Position numbers and translations under genes: made by a program | The notes under the pieces: generated by a model | Told to the model about the DNA's origin: nothing | The model's input: the letters and a program-made list of their open reading frames with translations, nothing else | Database searches by the model: none | Assembly: GCF_055900595.2 (NCBI RefSeq) | Contig: NZ_CM148325.1 | Strand: one strand, 5' to 3' | Length of the DNA stretch: 64,000 nucleotides | Part shown: piece by piece, positions 1 to 11,234 of the stretch | Layout: each line of letters begins with the position of its first letter | How positions within the stretch are numbered: position 1 is the first letter of the stretch

Positions 1-1054
1 TGTTGCTGATTGTGTGGGGAGAGATTGATTGATGCTGCTGGCGTAACGACTCAGCTTCGTGTACCGGGCTTTGTAGGAGTTTGCCATTGCTCTCTGATAG
101 CTCGCGCGCCAGCGTCATGCAGCCTGCCCAGCCTTCACGTTTTGAGGGCATTGGCGATTCCCACATATCCATCCAGCCGATAACAATACGCCGACCATCC
201 TTCGCTAAAAAGCTTTGTGGTGCATAAAAGTCATGCCCATTATCAAGTTCAGTAAAATGCCCGGATTGTGCAAAAAGTCGTCCTGGCGACCATATTCCGG
301 GTATTACACCACTTTGAAAGCGATTTCGATAATTGTATCCCTCGGCATTCATTCCCTGCGGGGAAAACATCAGATAATGTTGATCGCCAAGGCTGAAAAA
401 GTCCGGACATTCCCACATATAGCTTTCACCCGCATCAGCGTGGGCCAGTACGCGATCGAAAGTCCATTCACGCAATGAACTGCCGCGATAAAGCAGGATC
501 TGTCCCGTGTTGCCTGGGTCTTTCGCCCCGACTACCATCCACCAGGTGTCGGCTTCACGCCACACTTTAGGATCGCGGAAGTGCATGATTCCTTCTGGTG
601 GAGTGAGGATCACACCTTGTTTCTCGAAATGAATACCATCCCGGCTGGTAGCCAGACATTGTACTTCACGAATTGCATCGTCATTACCTGCACCATCGAG
701 CCAGACGTGGCCGGTGTAGATAAGTGAGAGGACACCATTGTCATCAACAGCACTACCTGAAAAACACCCGTCTTTGTCATTCTCGTCTCCTGGCGCTAGC
801 GCAATAGGCTCGTGCTGCCAGTGGATCATATCGTCGCTGGTGGCATGTCCCCAGTGCATTGGCCCCCAGTGTTCGCTCATCGGGTGATGCTGATAAAACG
901 CGTGATAACGATTGTTAAACCAGATCAGGCCGTTTGGATCGTTCATCCACCCGGCTGGAGGCGCGAGGTGAAAATGGGGATAAAAAGTATTCCCCCGGCG
1001 CTCGTGAAGTTTTGCTAGTGCGTTTTGCGCCGCATGCAATCGAGATTGCGTCAT
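1..1054 (-). CDS. cscA: Sucrose-6-phosphate hydrolase (GH32 invertase), N-terminal part; 3' end lies beyond the window start
   Basis: Minus-strand frame open from window edge to ATG at complement 1052-1054; translation starts [21 protein letters not shown] and contains WMNDP GH32 motif; divergent from cscK. Confidence 0.85.
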   Translation of the reverse strand, partial: MTQSRLHAAQNALAKLHERRGNTFYPHFHLAPPAGWMNDPNGLIWFNNRYHAFYQHHPMSEHWGPMHWGHATSDDMIHWQHEPIALAPGDENDKDGCFSGSAVDDNGVLSLIYTGHVWLDGAGNDDAIREVQCLATSRDGIHFEKQGVILTPPEGIMHFRDPKVWREADTWWMVVGAKDPGNTGQILLYRGSSLREWTFDRVLAHADAGESYMWECPDFFSLGDQHYLMFSPQGMNAEGYNYRNRFQSGVIPGIWSPGRLFAQSGHFTELDNGHDFYAPQSFLAKDGRRIVIGWMDMWESPMPSKREGWAGCMTLARELSESNGKLLQSPVHEAESLRQQHQSISPHTISN

Positions 1055-1088
1055 TTTAATCATCCTGGTTAAGCAAATTTGGTGAATT

Positions 1089-1164
1089 GTTAACGTTAAC
1101 TTTTATAAAAATAAAGCCCCTTATCTTTATAAATGTGATTAATATCACAAATGTTAACGTTAAC
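1089..1164. promoter_or_regulatory. Divergent cscA/cscK control region with two identical 12-bp palindromes GTTAACGTTAAC (1089-1100 and 1153-1164), candidate CscR (LacI-family) operators
   Basis: Perfect palindromes seen twice in the 215-bp AT-rich intergenic region between divergent csc genes. Confidence 0.4.
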
Positions 1165-1269
1165 TATGACGTTTTGTGATCGAATGTGCATGTTTTAGTA
1201 AATCCATGACGATTTTGCGAAAAAGAGGTTTATCACTATGCGTAAGTCAGATGAATTTGAGGGAAAAAA

Positions 1270-2184
1270 ATGTCAGCCAAAGTATGGGTTTTAGGGGATG
1301 CGGTTGTCGATCTCTTGCCTGAATCAGACGGGCGCCTACTGCCTTGTCCTGGCGGCGCGCCAGCTAACGTTGCGGTGGGAATCGCCAGATTAGGCGGAAT
1401 AAGTGGGTTTATAGGCCGGGTGGGTGATGATCCTTTTGGCGCGTTAATGCAAAGAACGCTGCTAACTGAGGGAGTCGATATCACGTATCTGAAGCAGGAT
1501 GAATGGCACCGAACATCCACGGTGCTTGTCGATCTGAACGATCAGGGGGAACGTTCATTTACGTTTATGGTCCGCCCTGGTGCCGATCTTTTTTTAGAGA
1601 CGACTGACTTGCCCTTCTGGCGACATGGCGAATGGTTACATCTCTGTTCTATTGCGTTGTCTGCTGAACCTTCGCGTACCAGCGCATTTACTGCGATGAC
1701 GGCGATCCGGCATGCCGGAGGTTTTGTCAGCTTCGATCCCAATATTCGTGAAGATCTGTGGCAAGACGAGCATTTGCTCCGCTTGTGTTTGCGACAGGCG
1801 CTACAACTGGCGGATGTCGTCAAGCTCTCGGAAGAAGAATGGCGACTTATCAGCGGAAAAACACAGAACGATCGGGATATATGTGCTCTGGCAAAAGAGT
1901 ATGAGATCGCCATGCTGTTGGTGACTAAAGGTGCAGAAGGGGTGGTGGTCTGTTATCGAGGACAAGTTCACCATTTTGCTGGAATGTCTGTGAATTGTGT
2001 CGATAGCACGGGGGCGGGAGATGCGTTCGTTGCCGGGTTACTCACAGGTCTTTCCTCTACGGGATTAGAGACCGATGAGAGAGAAATGCGACGAATTATC
2101 GATCTCGCTCAACGTTGCGGAGCGCTTGCAGTAACGGCGAAAGGGGCAATGACAGCGCTGCCATGTCGACAAGATCTGGAATAG
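1270..2184 (+). CDS. cscK: Fructokinase (PfkB family)
   Basis: 304-aa ORF, N-terminus MSAKVWVLGDAVVD, PfkB motifs GAGDAF; position between cscA and cscB. Confidence 0.9.
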   Translation: MSAKVWVLGDAVVDLLPESDGRLLPCPGGAPANVAVGIARLGGISGFIGRVGDDPFGALMQRTLLTEGVDITYLKQDEWHRTSTVLVDLNDQGERSFTFMVRPGADLFLETTDLPFWRHGEWLHLCSIALSAEPSRTSAFTAMTAIRHAGGFVSFDPNIREDLWQDEHLLRLCLRQALQLADVVKLSEEEWRLISGKTQNDRDICALAKEYEIAMLLVTKGAEGVVVCYRGQVHHFAGMSVNCVDSTGAGDAFVAGLLTGLSSTGLETDEREMRRIIDLAQRCGALAVTAKGAMTALPCRQDLE

Positions 2185-2255
2185 TGAGAAATAAACGGCG
2201 AGGCCGTTCTTGTCTCTGAATAGGACGTGAATATTTTAACGACAGGCAGGTAATT

Positions 2256-3503
2256 ATGGCACTGAATATACCATTCAGAAATGTGTACTATCGTTTTGCA
2301 TCCAGTTACTCATTTCTCTTTTTTATTTCCTGGTCGCTGTGGTGGTCGTTATACGCTATTTGGCTGAAAGGACATCTAGGGTTGACTGGGACGGAATTAG
2401 GTACACTTTATTCGGTCAACCAGTTTACCAGTATTCTATTTATGATGGTCTACGGCATCGTCCAGGATAAACTCGGTCTGAAGAAACCGCTTATCTGGTG
2501 TATGAGTTTCATCCTGGTCTTGACCGGACCGTTTATGATTTACGTTTATGAACCGTTACTGCAAAGCAATTTTTCTGTAGGTCTAATTTTGGGGGCGCTC
2601 TTTTTTGGCTTGGGGTATCTGGCGGGCTGCGGTCTGCTTGATAGCTTCACCGAAAAAATGGCACGAAATTTTCATTTCGAATATGGAACAGCGCGCGCCT
2701 GGGGATCTTTTGGCTATGCGATTGGCGCGTTCTTTGCTGGCATATTTTTCAGTATCAGTCCCCATATCAACTTCTGGTTGGTTTCGCTATTTGGCGCTGT
2801 ATTTATGATGATCAACATGCGTTTTAAATATCAGGATCAGCAGTGCGTAGCGGCAGATGCGGGAGGGGTAAAAAAAGAGGATTTTATTGCAGTTTTCAAG
2901 GATCGAAACTTCTGGATTTTCGTCATATTTATTGTGGGGACGTGGTCTTTCTATAACATTTTTGATCAACAGCTCTTTCCTGTTTTTTATGCAGGTTTAT
3001 TCGAATCACACGATGTAGGAACGCGCCTGTATGGTTATCTCAACTCATTCCAGGTTGTACTCGAAGCGCTGTGCATGGCCATTATTCCTTTCTTTGTTAA
3101 TCGGGTAGGGCCAAAAAATGCATTACTTATCGGTGTTGTGATTATGGCGTTGCGTATTCTTTCCTGCGCACTGTTCGTTAATCCCTGGATTATTTCATTA
3201 GTGAAGCTGTTACATGCCATTGAGGTTCCACTGTGTGTCATTTCCGTCTTCAAATACAGCGTGGCAAACTTTGATAAGCGCCTGTCGTCGACGATCTTTC
3301 TGATTGGTTTTCAAATTGCCAGTTCGTTGGGGATTGTGTTGCTTTCAACGCCGACTGGAATACTTTTTGACCATGCAGGTTACCAGACGGTTTTCTTCGT
3401 AATTTCGGGTATTGTCTGCCTGATGTTGTTATTTGGCATTTTCTTCCTGAGTAAAAAACGTGAGCAAATGGTGATGGAAACGCCTGTACCTTCTGCAATA
3501 TAG
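2256..3503 (+). CDS. cscB: Sucrose:H+ symporter (MFS, oligosaccharide:H+ symporter family)
   Basis: 415-aa polytopic membrane ORF directly downstream of cscK. Confidence 0.9.
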   Translation: MALNIPFRNVYYRFASSYSFLFFISWSLWWSLYAIWLKGHLGLTGTELGTLYSVNQFTSILFMMVYGIVQDKLGLKKPLIWCMSFILVLTGPFMIYVYEPLLQSNFSVGLILGALFFGLGYLAGCGLLDSFTEKMARNFHFEYGTARAWGSFGYAIGAFFAGIFFSISPHINFWLVSLFGAVFMMINMRFKYQDQQCVAADAGGVKKEDFIAVFKDRNFWIFVIFIVGTWSFYNIFDQQLFPVFYAGLFESHDVGTRLYGYLNSFQVVLEALCMAIIPFFVNRVGPKNALLIGVVIMALRILSCALFVNPWIISLVKLLHAIEVPLCVISVFKYSVANFDKRLSSTIFLIGFQIASSLGIVLLSTPTGILFDHAGYQTVFFVISGIVCLMLLFGIFFLSKKREQMVMETPVPSAI

Positions 3504-3937
3504 ACGTAAACTCTTTCCGGTTGTTGTCGATAGCTCTATATCCCTCAACCGGAAAATAATAATACCCAAATGCTTAGCGCGGCTAATAATCGCCTAATCC
3601 AAACGCCTCATTCATGTTCTGGAACAGTCGCTCAAATGTACTCATGATACGCGGTTCGCTGATTTCCAGGAAATTGTCGTAATTCAGCGACCTGTCCCGT
3701 GTATCACGGGCCTGCTAATCCATCAAGGAATGCATTGCGGAGTGAAGTATCGAGTCAAGCCAGATTTCGCGATCAGGATTCTGTGTGATGATTACATTGC
3801 CAGGCCCGGGGCTGTTTAGTCATCGCCGCACAGTGCTGAGATTTCAACCTGTTGCAGGGAAAATGAGTAGATTTAGGGCAAGTGTGCTGCCAAACCCAAC
3901 TTTTACGCGGGGAAGGTAGATTTCGTTGGAAGGATAA

Positions 3938-3953
3938 ATGGTGTCCCCTGCAG
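3938..3953. repeat. Island-distal direct repeat (att) of the argW 3' end: ATGGTGTCCCCTGCAG, identical to 46002-46017
   Basis: 16-bp exact match to the 3' end of tRNA-Arg at 46002-46017; about 45 bp of degenerate similarity extends upstream in both copies (GGTAGATTTC). Confidence 0.6.
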
Positions 3954-4026
3954 ACATCTACTTGAGGCGGCAGGGGATTGATTGGAATGGTGTTTTTTAG
4001 ATGTGAGAAATATTTTACCCGCTATT

Positions 4027-4227
4027 TTACCCATTGGCGCGGCTTAAGAGCTTATTTTTGAATTCACAATGGTCACGATATAACCATCTTGCTCGCCCGT
4101 GGATAACTTTGGCTTTTGGTAGGTCGCCGGACTTAATCCGGTCATAGATGAAGGTTTTACCGAAGCCAGTATCGGCCATGATGAATTTCAAATCAACCAG
4201 TGAATCAGGTTGTAGTTCGTGTTGCAT
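4027..4227 (-). CDS. alpA: AlpA-family phage/island transcriptional regulator (excisionase-like HTH)
   Basis: 66-aa ORF with AlpA-like sequence (ADTGFGKTFIYDRIKSGDLPKAKVIHGRARW). Confidence 0.7.
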   Translation of the reverse strand: MQHELQPDSLVDLKFIMADTGFGKTFIYDRIKSGDLPKAKVIHGRARWLYRDHCEFKNKLLSRANG

Positions 4228-4351
4228 GAGTGCTATCTCCGAATAGGGAATCGAACCTGCAAATCAGGCAATAAAAAACCGCATTGATGCGGCAATGGTA
4301 GGTCTGGATATCTTGAGAAATGAACGGGCCTCATCGAGTGTGAGGCTGTGG

Positions 4352-4696
4352 TTAGTCCTTGCGTAACTCGCTAATTCTTCTGTAAGTCTCTGGTGCTTTG
4401 TTTCCGTGTATCTTCATTTCAGACTTCAACAGAGCAACGAGAGAATCCCATTCGTTGAGGATGCCTTTGAATGCCGGAACGCGCTTTGCAACCTTGTCGA
4501 ATGAATCCCTGATTTCTGGAATCTGCTCGACAAGCGCAACGCATCGTCGGAAATCGGCTGCGTCATGTGGAGCACCGAAGCTATGACCATAGATATTCTT
4601 TTTCAGTCCACATGCGATTGAGGCAAGAGTTGCGCTACTGATGCCAACATCGCCAGTCGATTGCCATTTCAAAACCTTCATAGCCAAATCTGACAT
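4352..4696 (-). CDS. Hypothetical protein (114 aa)
   Basis: ORF with GGAGA RBS about 7 nt upstream of ATG; no recognisable domain. Confidence 0.4.
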   Translation of the reverse strand: MSDLAMKVLKWQSTGDVGISSATLASIACGLKKNIYGHSFGAPHDAADFRRCVALVEQIPEIRDSFDKVAKRVPAFKGILNEWDSLVALLKSEMKIHGNKAPETYRRISELRKD

Positions 4697-4710
4697 TTCT
4701 TGTCTCCAAT

Positions 4711-4731
4711 AAAAAAACCGCCATCAGGCGG
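4711..4731 (-). terminator. Hairpin CCGCC-ATCA-GGCGG followed by T7 on minus strand
   Basis: Stem-loop and U-run read directly. Confidence 0.4.
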
Positions 4732-4927
4732 CTTGGTGTTCTTTCAGTTCTTCAATTCGAATATTGGTTATGTCTGCATGTGCTATCTGCGCCCATATTA
4801 TCCAGTGGTCATAGCAGTCGTTGATGTTCTCTGCTTCGATAACCCTGTTGAATGGCTCTCCATTCCATTCTCCTGTGACTCGGAAGTGCATTTATCATCT
4901 CCATAAAACAAAACTCGCCGTAGCGAG

Positions 4928-4960
4928 TTCAGATAAAAGAAATCCCCGCGAGGGCGGGGA
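4928..4960 (-). terminator. Putative rho-independent terminator downstream of PACE transporter gene
   Basis: Stem TCCCCGC/GCGGGGA followed by TTTCTTTTAT on minus strand. Confidence 0.4.
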
Positions 4961-5033
4961 TGTTAAGTCGGTGGGGGTACAGTATGGATATCGAAAATTA
5001 TTGCGCGATTCTCATTACTCCCCTGGGAAAACA

Positions 5034-5492
5034 TTATCTGGCAAGCATACGTTGTTGATGCTGTTTCACAACACGTAAACGTAAGCTGTCATAGGCCCAA
5101 TTGTAGAACATGGTATATGGTAGAAAGAAAAGGAAGAATCCTATCTCTAGTGTAAAAGCCTGTAACAGACTGACGCTCAGAATCCAGGACACCATAATGA
5201 CGCCGATCGCGATAAATCCACTTTCAAAGCCCAAAGCATGGAATGCACGAACTTTTGCAGTTCGTTTTACCTGATGAGCAGGCCAGTAGCGATCAAATAG
5301 CATGTTATAGATGATATTCCAGATCATTGCAGTTGAAGCCAACAAGATAGTCATCCCGCCCATTTCGAGTATAGTTCGCTGCATTAACCATGCTGTGGTG
5401 GGGGCCAGAATCGCAGTGGCAATTCCTTCAAAGCAAATAGCGTGAAAAATACGCTCAAGTAACGATCTGTGTTGAATCGCATTATGTTGCAT
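5034..5492 (-). CDS. PACE-family (AceI-like) small efflux protein with two BTP repeats
   Basis: 152-aa, 4-TM ORF with duplicated motif R.FHA.gFEg (RIFHAICFEG and RAFHALGFESG) and WNIIYNMLFD; divergent LysR partner. Confidence 0.7.
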   Translation of the reverse strand: MQHNAIQHRSLLERIFHAICFEGIATAILAPTTAWLMQRTILEMGGMTILLASTAMIWNIIYNMLFDRYWPAHQVKRTAKVRAFHALGFESGFIAIGVIMVSWILSVSLLQAFTLEIGFFLFFLPYTMFYNWAYDSLRLRVVKQHQQRMLAR

Positions 5493-5595
5493 AACTTACC
5501 TTTCTTACAGTTTCGACCGCGTTATGGAGTTGTGAGATTTTTATCGATTTATGTGATATATAAAAGATAGATACCATCGAAAAAATTGATAGATT

Positions 5596-6480
5596 ATGCG
5601 TTACTCACTTGAAGCGTTAAGTACATTTGTTGAAGCGGTTTCCTGTGGCTCCTTTTCTGCTGCGGCACGAAGATTACGCAAAAGTCAGTCCGCAGTCAGT
5701 ACGTCAATTGCCAATCTTGAGGTCGATCTTGGTATATCATTATTCGATCGCTCTTCGCGAGAACCTGTGCTGACAGAGGAAGGAAAGAAAGTATTGAGTT
5801 ACGTTCATGCGATTTTGTCAGCCAGTGAACGTCTTGAGGAGGTGGCGGTTTCGCTTGCCGGAGAGACTGAAGCTCGTCTGACGTTTGTGCTTTCCGATAC
5901 CCTACACCCTGACTTATTAGAAGACATCATGGTGCAGTTTGATAGTCAGTTTCCACATACTGAGTTAGAGGTTTTAATTGGTGAGGATGTCGATGTCATC
6001 GATCTTTTGCAAAAAGAACGAGCGCAGATCGGCTTAATTGAGTCTCGGGAACACTACCCCACCGATATTGGCTCAACCCGTTTACCGATGCAAGCGTGGA
6101 TGGGCATTTATGTTTCGGCGTCACATCCACTGTCTGCAGAAAAAACAATCCAGCGGGAACAACTTCATTCATGGCGAGAACTTCGTCTTAATACTTATAT
6201 CGATAACCGGGAGATGATTGCCCGTGGACCGGTTTGGTCTGCACCTAACTATTTGTTGTTACTCAGTATGGCCGTACAGGGATTTGGCTGGTGCTCTCTG
6301 CCCTGTGCTCTGGTTGAGGAGTTTGCAACAGAAAAACCGCTGGTTCAGCTCGACGTACCTGGCTGGCCAAAGGCAATTTCTATCGATCTGCTTTGGAATA
6401 AAAAATCGCCACCAGGCGCGGCTGGAAATTGGCTTAAGCATCATTTACAGCATATCAATGCCCCAAATAGTCGAACTTAG
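5596..6480 (+). CDS. LysR-family transcriptional regulator (AceR-like), divergent from the PACE gene
   Basis: 294-aa ORF with N-terminal LysR HTH (FVEAVSCGSFSAAARRLRKSQSAVSTSIANLE). Confidence 0.85.
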   Translation: MRYSLEALSTFVEAVSCGSFSAAARRLRKSQSAVSTSIANLEVDLGISLFDRSSREPVLTEEGKKVLSYVHAILSASERLEEVAVSLAGETEARLTFVLSDTLHPDLLEDIMVQFDSQFPHTELEVLIGEDVDVIDLLQKERAQIGLIESREHYPTDIGSTRLPMQAWMGIYVSASHPLSAEKTIQREQLHSWRELRLNTYIDNREMIARGPVWSAPNYLLLLSMAVQGFGWCSLPCALVEEFATEKPLVQLDVPGWPKAISIDLLWNKKSPPGAAGNWLKHHLQHINAPNSRT

Positions 6481-6681
6481 ATTAGTTAAAATATGGAATC
6501 CTGAAATAATCTATGTTGATATGTGGAGCCATCTTCCAGGCTCCCACCTAAATCATGTTAGCAGTTCCATTTTTTTGATGATTTCCGCATGAGCATCATC
6601 GTTATCCCCAGCGACAAATTGAATACAAAACCAGTGCTACCGCCATTGCAATTCCTACCGTTGCGAATGCTTCAGGCCAGC

Positions 6682-6957
6682 TCATTGATTCACCTCCTGC
6701 GGCGGTTCTGGTAGTGGTATCCAGAACAAGGCGTTCCCTAACCACGATAAAGTGCCGTCGCTCAACTCCACGTATTCCCCTTGCACCTGTCCTGCCATAT
6801 ACTCACCGTGCTTTGAATAAATTAAAATCCAATCATCTTGAGCGGGCATTCGCTCACTACAGCTTATCCAACCACCCGGAGTTACCGGAGAGTTGCCGCG
6901 TTCTTTAATGTGCAAGCGAGGCTCACCATCTTTTGGTTCAGGCCACTGGCGCTCCAT
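6682..6957 (-). CDS. DUF551-like phage protein; IS911 inserted immediately upstream (may be 5'-truncated)
   Basis: C-terminal motif FWIPLPEPP typical of DUF551; upstream part of the frame is IS911 terminal sequence. Confidence 0.45.
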   Translation of the reverse strand: MERQWPEPKDGEPRLHIKERGNSPVTPGGWISCSERMPAQDDWILIYSKHGEYMAGQVQGEYVELSDGTLSWLGNALFWIPLPEPPQEVNQ

Positions 6958-7051
6958 GTTGATCTTCAATTTATCTTCCTGTAGTGGCACACTGAATTTG
7001 GCCACCTGAACAGAGGTGATATGCTCACCTCAGAACAACACAGGTGCTCCA

Positions 7052-8220
<1,169 letters not shown>

Positions 8221-8228
8221 CCACTACA

Positions 8229-9083
8229 TTCTGACGGTAAACTCAGGAATTTGTCGGTAAGAGCCTGATTTACTGAGACAGAATCTTTGCCCCTGAGTCT
8301 AAGGATGATCGTATAACGTGATTTTCGGTCTACAAGTGTGGCTATATGAGAGTTTTTTGTACCTAAGACTAAATCGCCCTCCCAATGCCCCAGAGAGCGT
8401 CTGTTATCGATATTTCGGGAACGTTCGTGAATTGGTGTTCCGTTCACTATGTTAATCGTACCTCTTTCGCCTTTGCGGGTATGACGCCTGCCATGGCGAA
8501 GGCTATGCGACCGTCGCAGATGCTGTATATTCAGGTGGTGTAGCGCTTCACGGCTACGAAAGTACAGCGTTTTATAAATTGTCTCAGGTGATATTCGCAG
8601 CGTTTTTTGACGTGGTTTTGTTCGCCTTAACCATCCTGATATTTGCTCTGGAGACCATTTCATCTCCAGCTTTTCCAGAACAAGCTTTCGCAATGGTAAA
8701 TTTTGATCCAGTAAGCACGGTTTTGGCCTTTTCGCCATTCTGTTGGCTCGGTTATTAGCATCAACAGCTTTGTAATAGCGTCTGCCCCGATTACGCTGAA
8801 CTTCACGTGAGATCGTCGAAGGACTGCGATTCAGCGCAGTAGCTATCGCACGAATGCTCATTTTGGCTGACAAACCAGCTCGTATCTCCTCGCGCTCAGA
8901 CAGTGTCAGGTGAGCTACAGCCCGCTTACGCTCATGGGGTTTTATGCCGCCAGTATCCCTTAACATAGTGAAGATCGTTCCGGGTTTTGAACCCAGGATA
9001 TTCGCTATTTCACTGAAGCCTGTTCCGTTCTTCCATAGTTCAAAAACAGAGGCTTTTTCCTCTGCTGTAAATGTTCGTCTCAT
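8229..9083 (-). pseudogene. IS30 transposase, 3'-truncated
   Basis: First about 285 codons identical or near-identical to intact IS30 transposase, then diverges at IS911 junction. Confidence 0.8.
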
Positions 9084-9145
9084 TCAAAAAACCTCTGCAA
9101 CCCCATGTTTTCACATAACTGTTGCGTTGACCAATTGAATCTACA
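8229..9145 (-). mobile_element. IS30 fragment (left end plus 5' about 860 bp of transposase gene), truncated by the IS911 insertion
   Basis: Sequence co-linear with the complete IS30 at 24358-25578 up to the IS911 boundary; IS30 left IR TGTAGATTCAATTGGTCAACGC at 9131-9145 (reverse complement). Confidence 0.8.
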
Positions 9146-9408
9146 GTTGCTTTTTTTAATATATCTCGCTCAAGGCGAGCTTCATTTAACGCCTTACGCA
9201 GTTGCAGAATTTTAGATTCCAGTTCAGCCACCGTGCGGGAACCAAGAGTACCGAGCCCTTTTCTGGCGGCGGTAACCCATTGTCCTAAAGTGCCTTCAGG
9301 AAGAGATAATCGGGAAGCGCCTTCACTGATCGAAAGTTGATTTTCAAGAACCGTTCTGACAGCTTCGGCTTTGAACTCTTTAGAGTAACGTTGGGTTTTT
9401 CTGCTCAT
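9146..9408 (-). pseudogene. IS600-like OrfA, truncated by IS30 insertion just after the A7G slippery site
   Basis: ORF 9040-9408 reads ...DILKKA then continues into IS30 terminal sequence. Confidence 0.7.
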
Positions 9409-9472
9409 TATTAGCTCCTTCTGATGCCATTCTATTTCAGGAAGGAGTGTCCGTTAAACTCAGGCTACCTCA
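9146..9472 (-). mobile_element. IS600-like (IS3 family) left-end fragment, interrupted by IS30
   Basis: Left IR TGAGGTAGCCTGAGTTTAACGGACACTCC (reverse complement at 9443-9472); OrfA MSRKTQRYSKEFKAEAVRTV runs into IS30 terminus. Confidence 0.7.
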
Positions 9473-10115
9473 TCCGTCAGAGCTGCATGATGGCGGCGTG
9501 AGAACCTTAGGCATCCCGACAGTGGTGGATAGGCCTATCCAGCAGGCTATAGCTATAGCGCAACATTTAAGCGCCATCGTGGACAAAAGCTTCTCAGACT
9601 CTAGGCACGGTTTCCGGCTGGGACGCAACGTATGGCAGGCAGTGCAATAGGCACAGCATTATATACGGGGCAGCAAACGGTGGGTGGTGGATATAAATCT
9701 GGAGAAGTTCTTCGACCGTGTGGATCACAGACTCCTGATGACGCGTCTGGCCAGTACGATAAAGGACAGGCGGGTGCTGAGGCTGATACGCCGCTACTTG
9801 AAAGAGGAAATAGTCCGGGACGGGCAAAGAGAGAAATGGCAGGAAGGCATGCCGCAGGGCGGCCATTGCTGGATGATATCAGGACGTCGTAGAGAACAAA
9901 CTGAAGCAGAAAGTGAATGAGAAGAAGAGCGCGGTGGCGCGCCCGTGGGAGCAGAAGTTCCTCGGGTACAGTATGACATGGCACAAACAGTTGAAGCTGA
10001 AAATAGCCCTGACGAGTGTGAACAGGCTGAAGGAGAAAGTGCGCAGTCTGACCACGGGAAACCGGAGCAAATCAGTGAAAGCGACAATCAATGCCCTGAC
10101 GCCAGTGCTGCGTGA
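9473..10115 (+). pseudogene. Group II intron-type reverse transcriptase/maturase remnant (N-terminally truncated, multiple frameshifts)
   Basis: Three frame-shifted ORF pieces with RT motifs GVRTLGIPTVVDRPIQQA, FFDRVDHRLLMTRL, RVLRLIRRYL and a maturase-like tail. Confidence 0.55.
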
Positions 10116-10940
10116 ACCTGTTTAAGATTCTGTGTAAATGCCTTTTCTCAGAAGTGACCGTCCTGGCGGTCACCGAACTCGATAATAAAGCGGCTGAACC
10201 TGTACATAGATTTGTGTAATCGCCTGATTTTGATATGTTCAATCCAGCATCATATGAAGGTTAATTTATGGATGAAAAACAGTTACAGGCTCTGGCTAAC
10301 GAACTGGCCAAAAACCTCAAAACCTCTGAAGACCTCAGTCAGTTTGATCGGCTGCTGAAAAAGCTCAGCGTTGAAGCCGCTCTCAATGCTGAGATGACAC
10401 ACCATCTTGGGTATGAGAAAAATCAGCCCAGACTAGGAGCTAACTCCCGCAACGGTTATTCCACAAAGACCGTTATCACAGGCGACGGTCCACTGGAACT
10501 GCGTACTCCGCGCGATCGTGACGGTACCTTCGAACCACAACTGGTAAAGAAAAATCAGACCCGTATTACCGGGATGGATAACCAGATCCTCTCGTTGTAT
10601 GCCAAAGGGATGACCACTCGTGAGATAGCTGCTGCGTTCAAAGAACTGTATGACGCAGATGTTTCACCGGCGCTGACAGCCGAAGCTGGCAGGCTAACTG
10701 GCCGAATCTTGCCACGTTCTTCGCTTATCCAACGGACATCCGCAAAGTGATCTATACGACGAATGCCATCGAGTCGCTAAACAGCGTGATCCGCCATGCG
10801 ATCAAAAAGCGTAAAGTGTTCCCGACAGACGACTCGGTGAAAAAAGTGGTGTGGCTGGCAATCCAGTCTGCGTCCCAGAAATGGACGATTCCGTTGAAGG
10901 ACTGGCGAATGGCAACGAGCCGCTTGGAACTGTAAATATC
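10116..10940 (+). mobile_element. IS256-family element remnant (left end present, about 0.6-kb internal deletion, natural right end missing)
   Basis: Left terminal about 70 bp repeated at 23216-23285; transposase N-terminal 135 aa fused out of frame to C-terminal motif NWPNLATFFAYPTDIRKVIYTTNAIES. Confidence 0.6.
10268..10935 (+). pseudogene. IS256-family transposase with internal deletion/frameshift
   Basis: ORFs 10268-10750 and 10747-10935 in different frames; catalytic core missing. Confidence 0.6.
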
Positions 10941-11171
10941 ACATAGTTTTTGCGCCAAAATACCGAAGACAGGTGTTCTACAGAGAGAAGCGTAGAGCAA
11001 TAGGCTGTATTTTGAGGAAGCTGTGTGAGTGGAAAAGTGTACAGATTCTGGAAGCTGAATACTGTGCAAATCCCGCCCCAAATGAGCGCATACGGAAGTG
11101 TTCTGCGCTGGTTTTGCCGTACTCCTTCATGGGCCGGTTATTCATATCCGTCAGTAAATCCCAAAAACGTA

Positions 11172-11179
11172 CATTCAAC
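11172..11179. repeat. 8-bp target-site duplication CATTCAAC (left copy) of IS66-family element
   Basis: Identical 8-mer immediately flanks both ends of the element (second copy 13705-13712). Confidence 0.75.
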
Positions 11180-11234
11180 GTAAGCATCCGGTGAACTCGC
11201 ATGGCGCGATCACCGGCGTTATGGCAGGGCGTAT

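Noticed and set aside
215..1018. Plus-strand ORFs 215-478 and 812-1018
   Set aside because: Antisense to cscA, which fully explains the region.
4236..4262. tRNA-like T-arm fragment (GGAATCGAACCTGCAA) just upstream of alpA
   Set aside because: Only about 17 nt of similarity to a tRNA T-arm and no acceptor or anticodon arm; cannot be called a tRNA gene or a confident att remnant.
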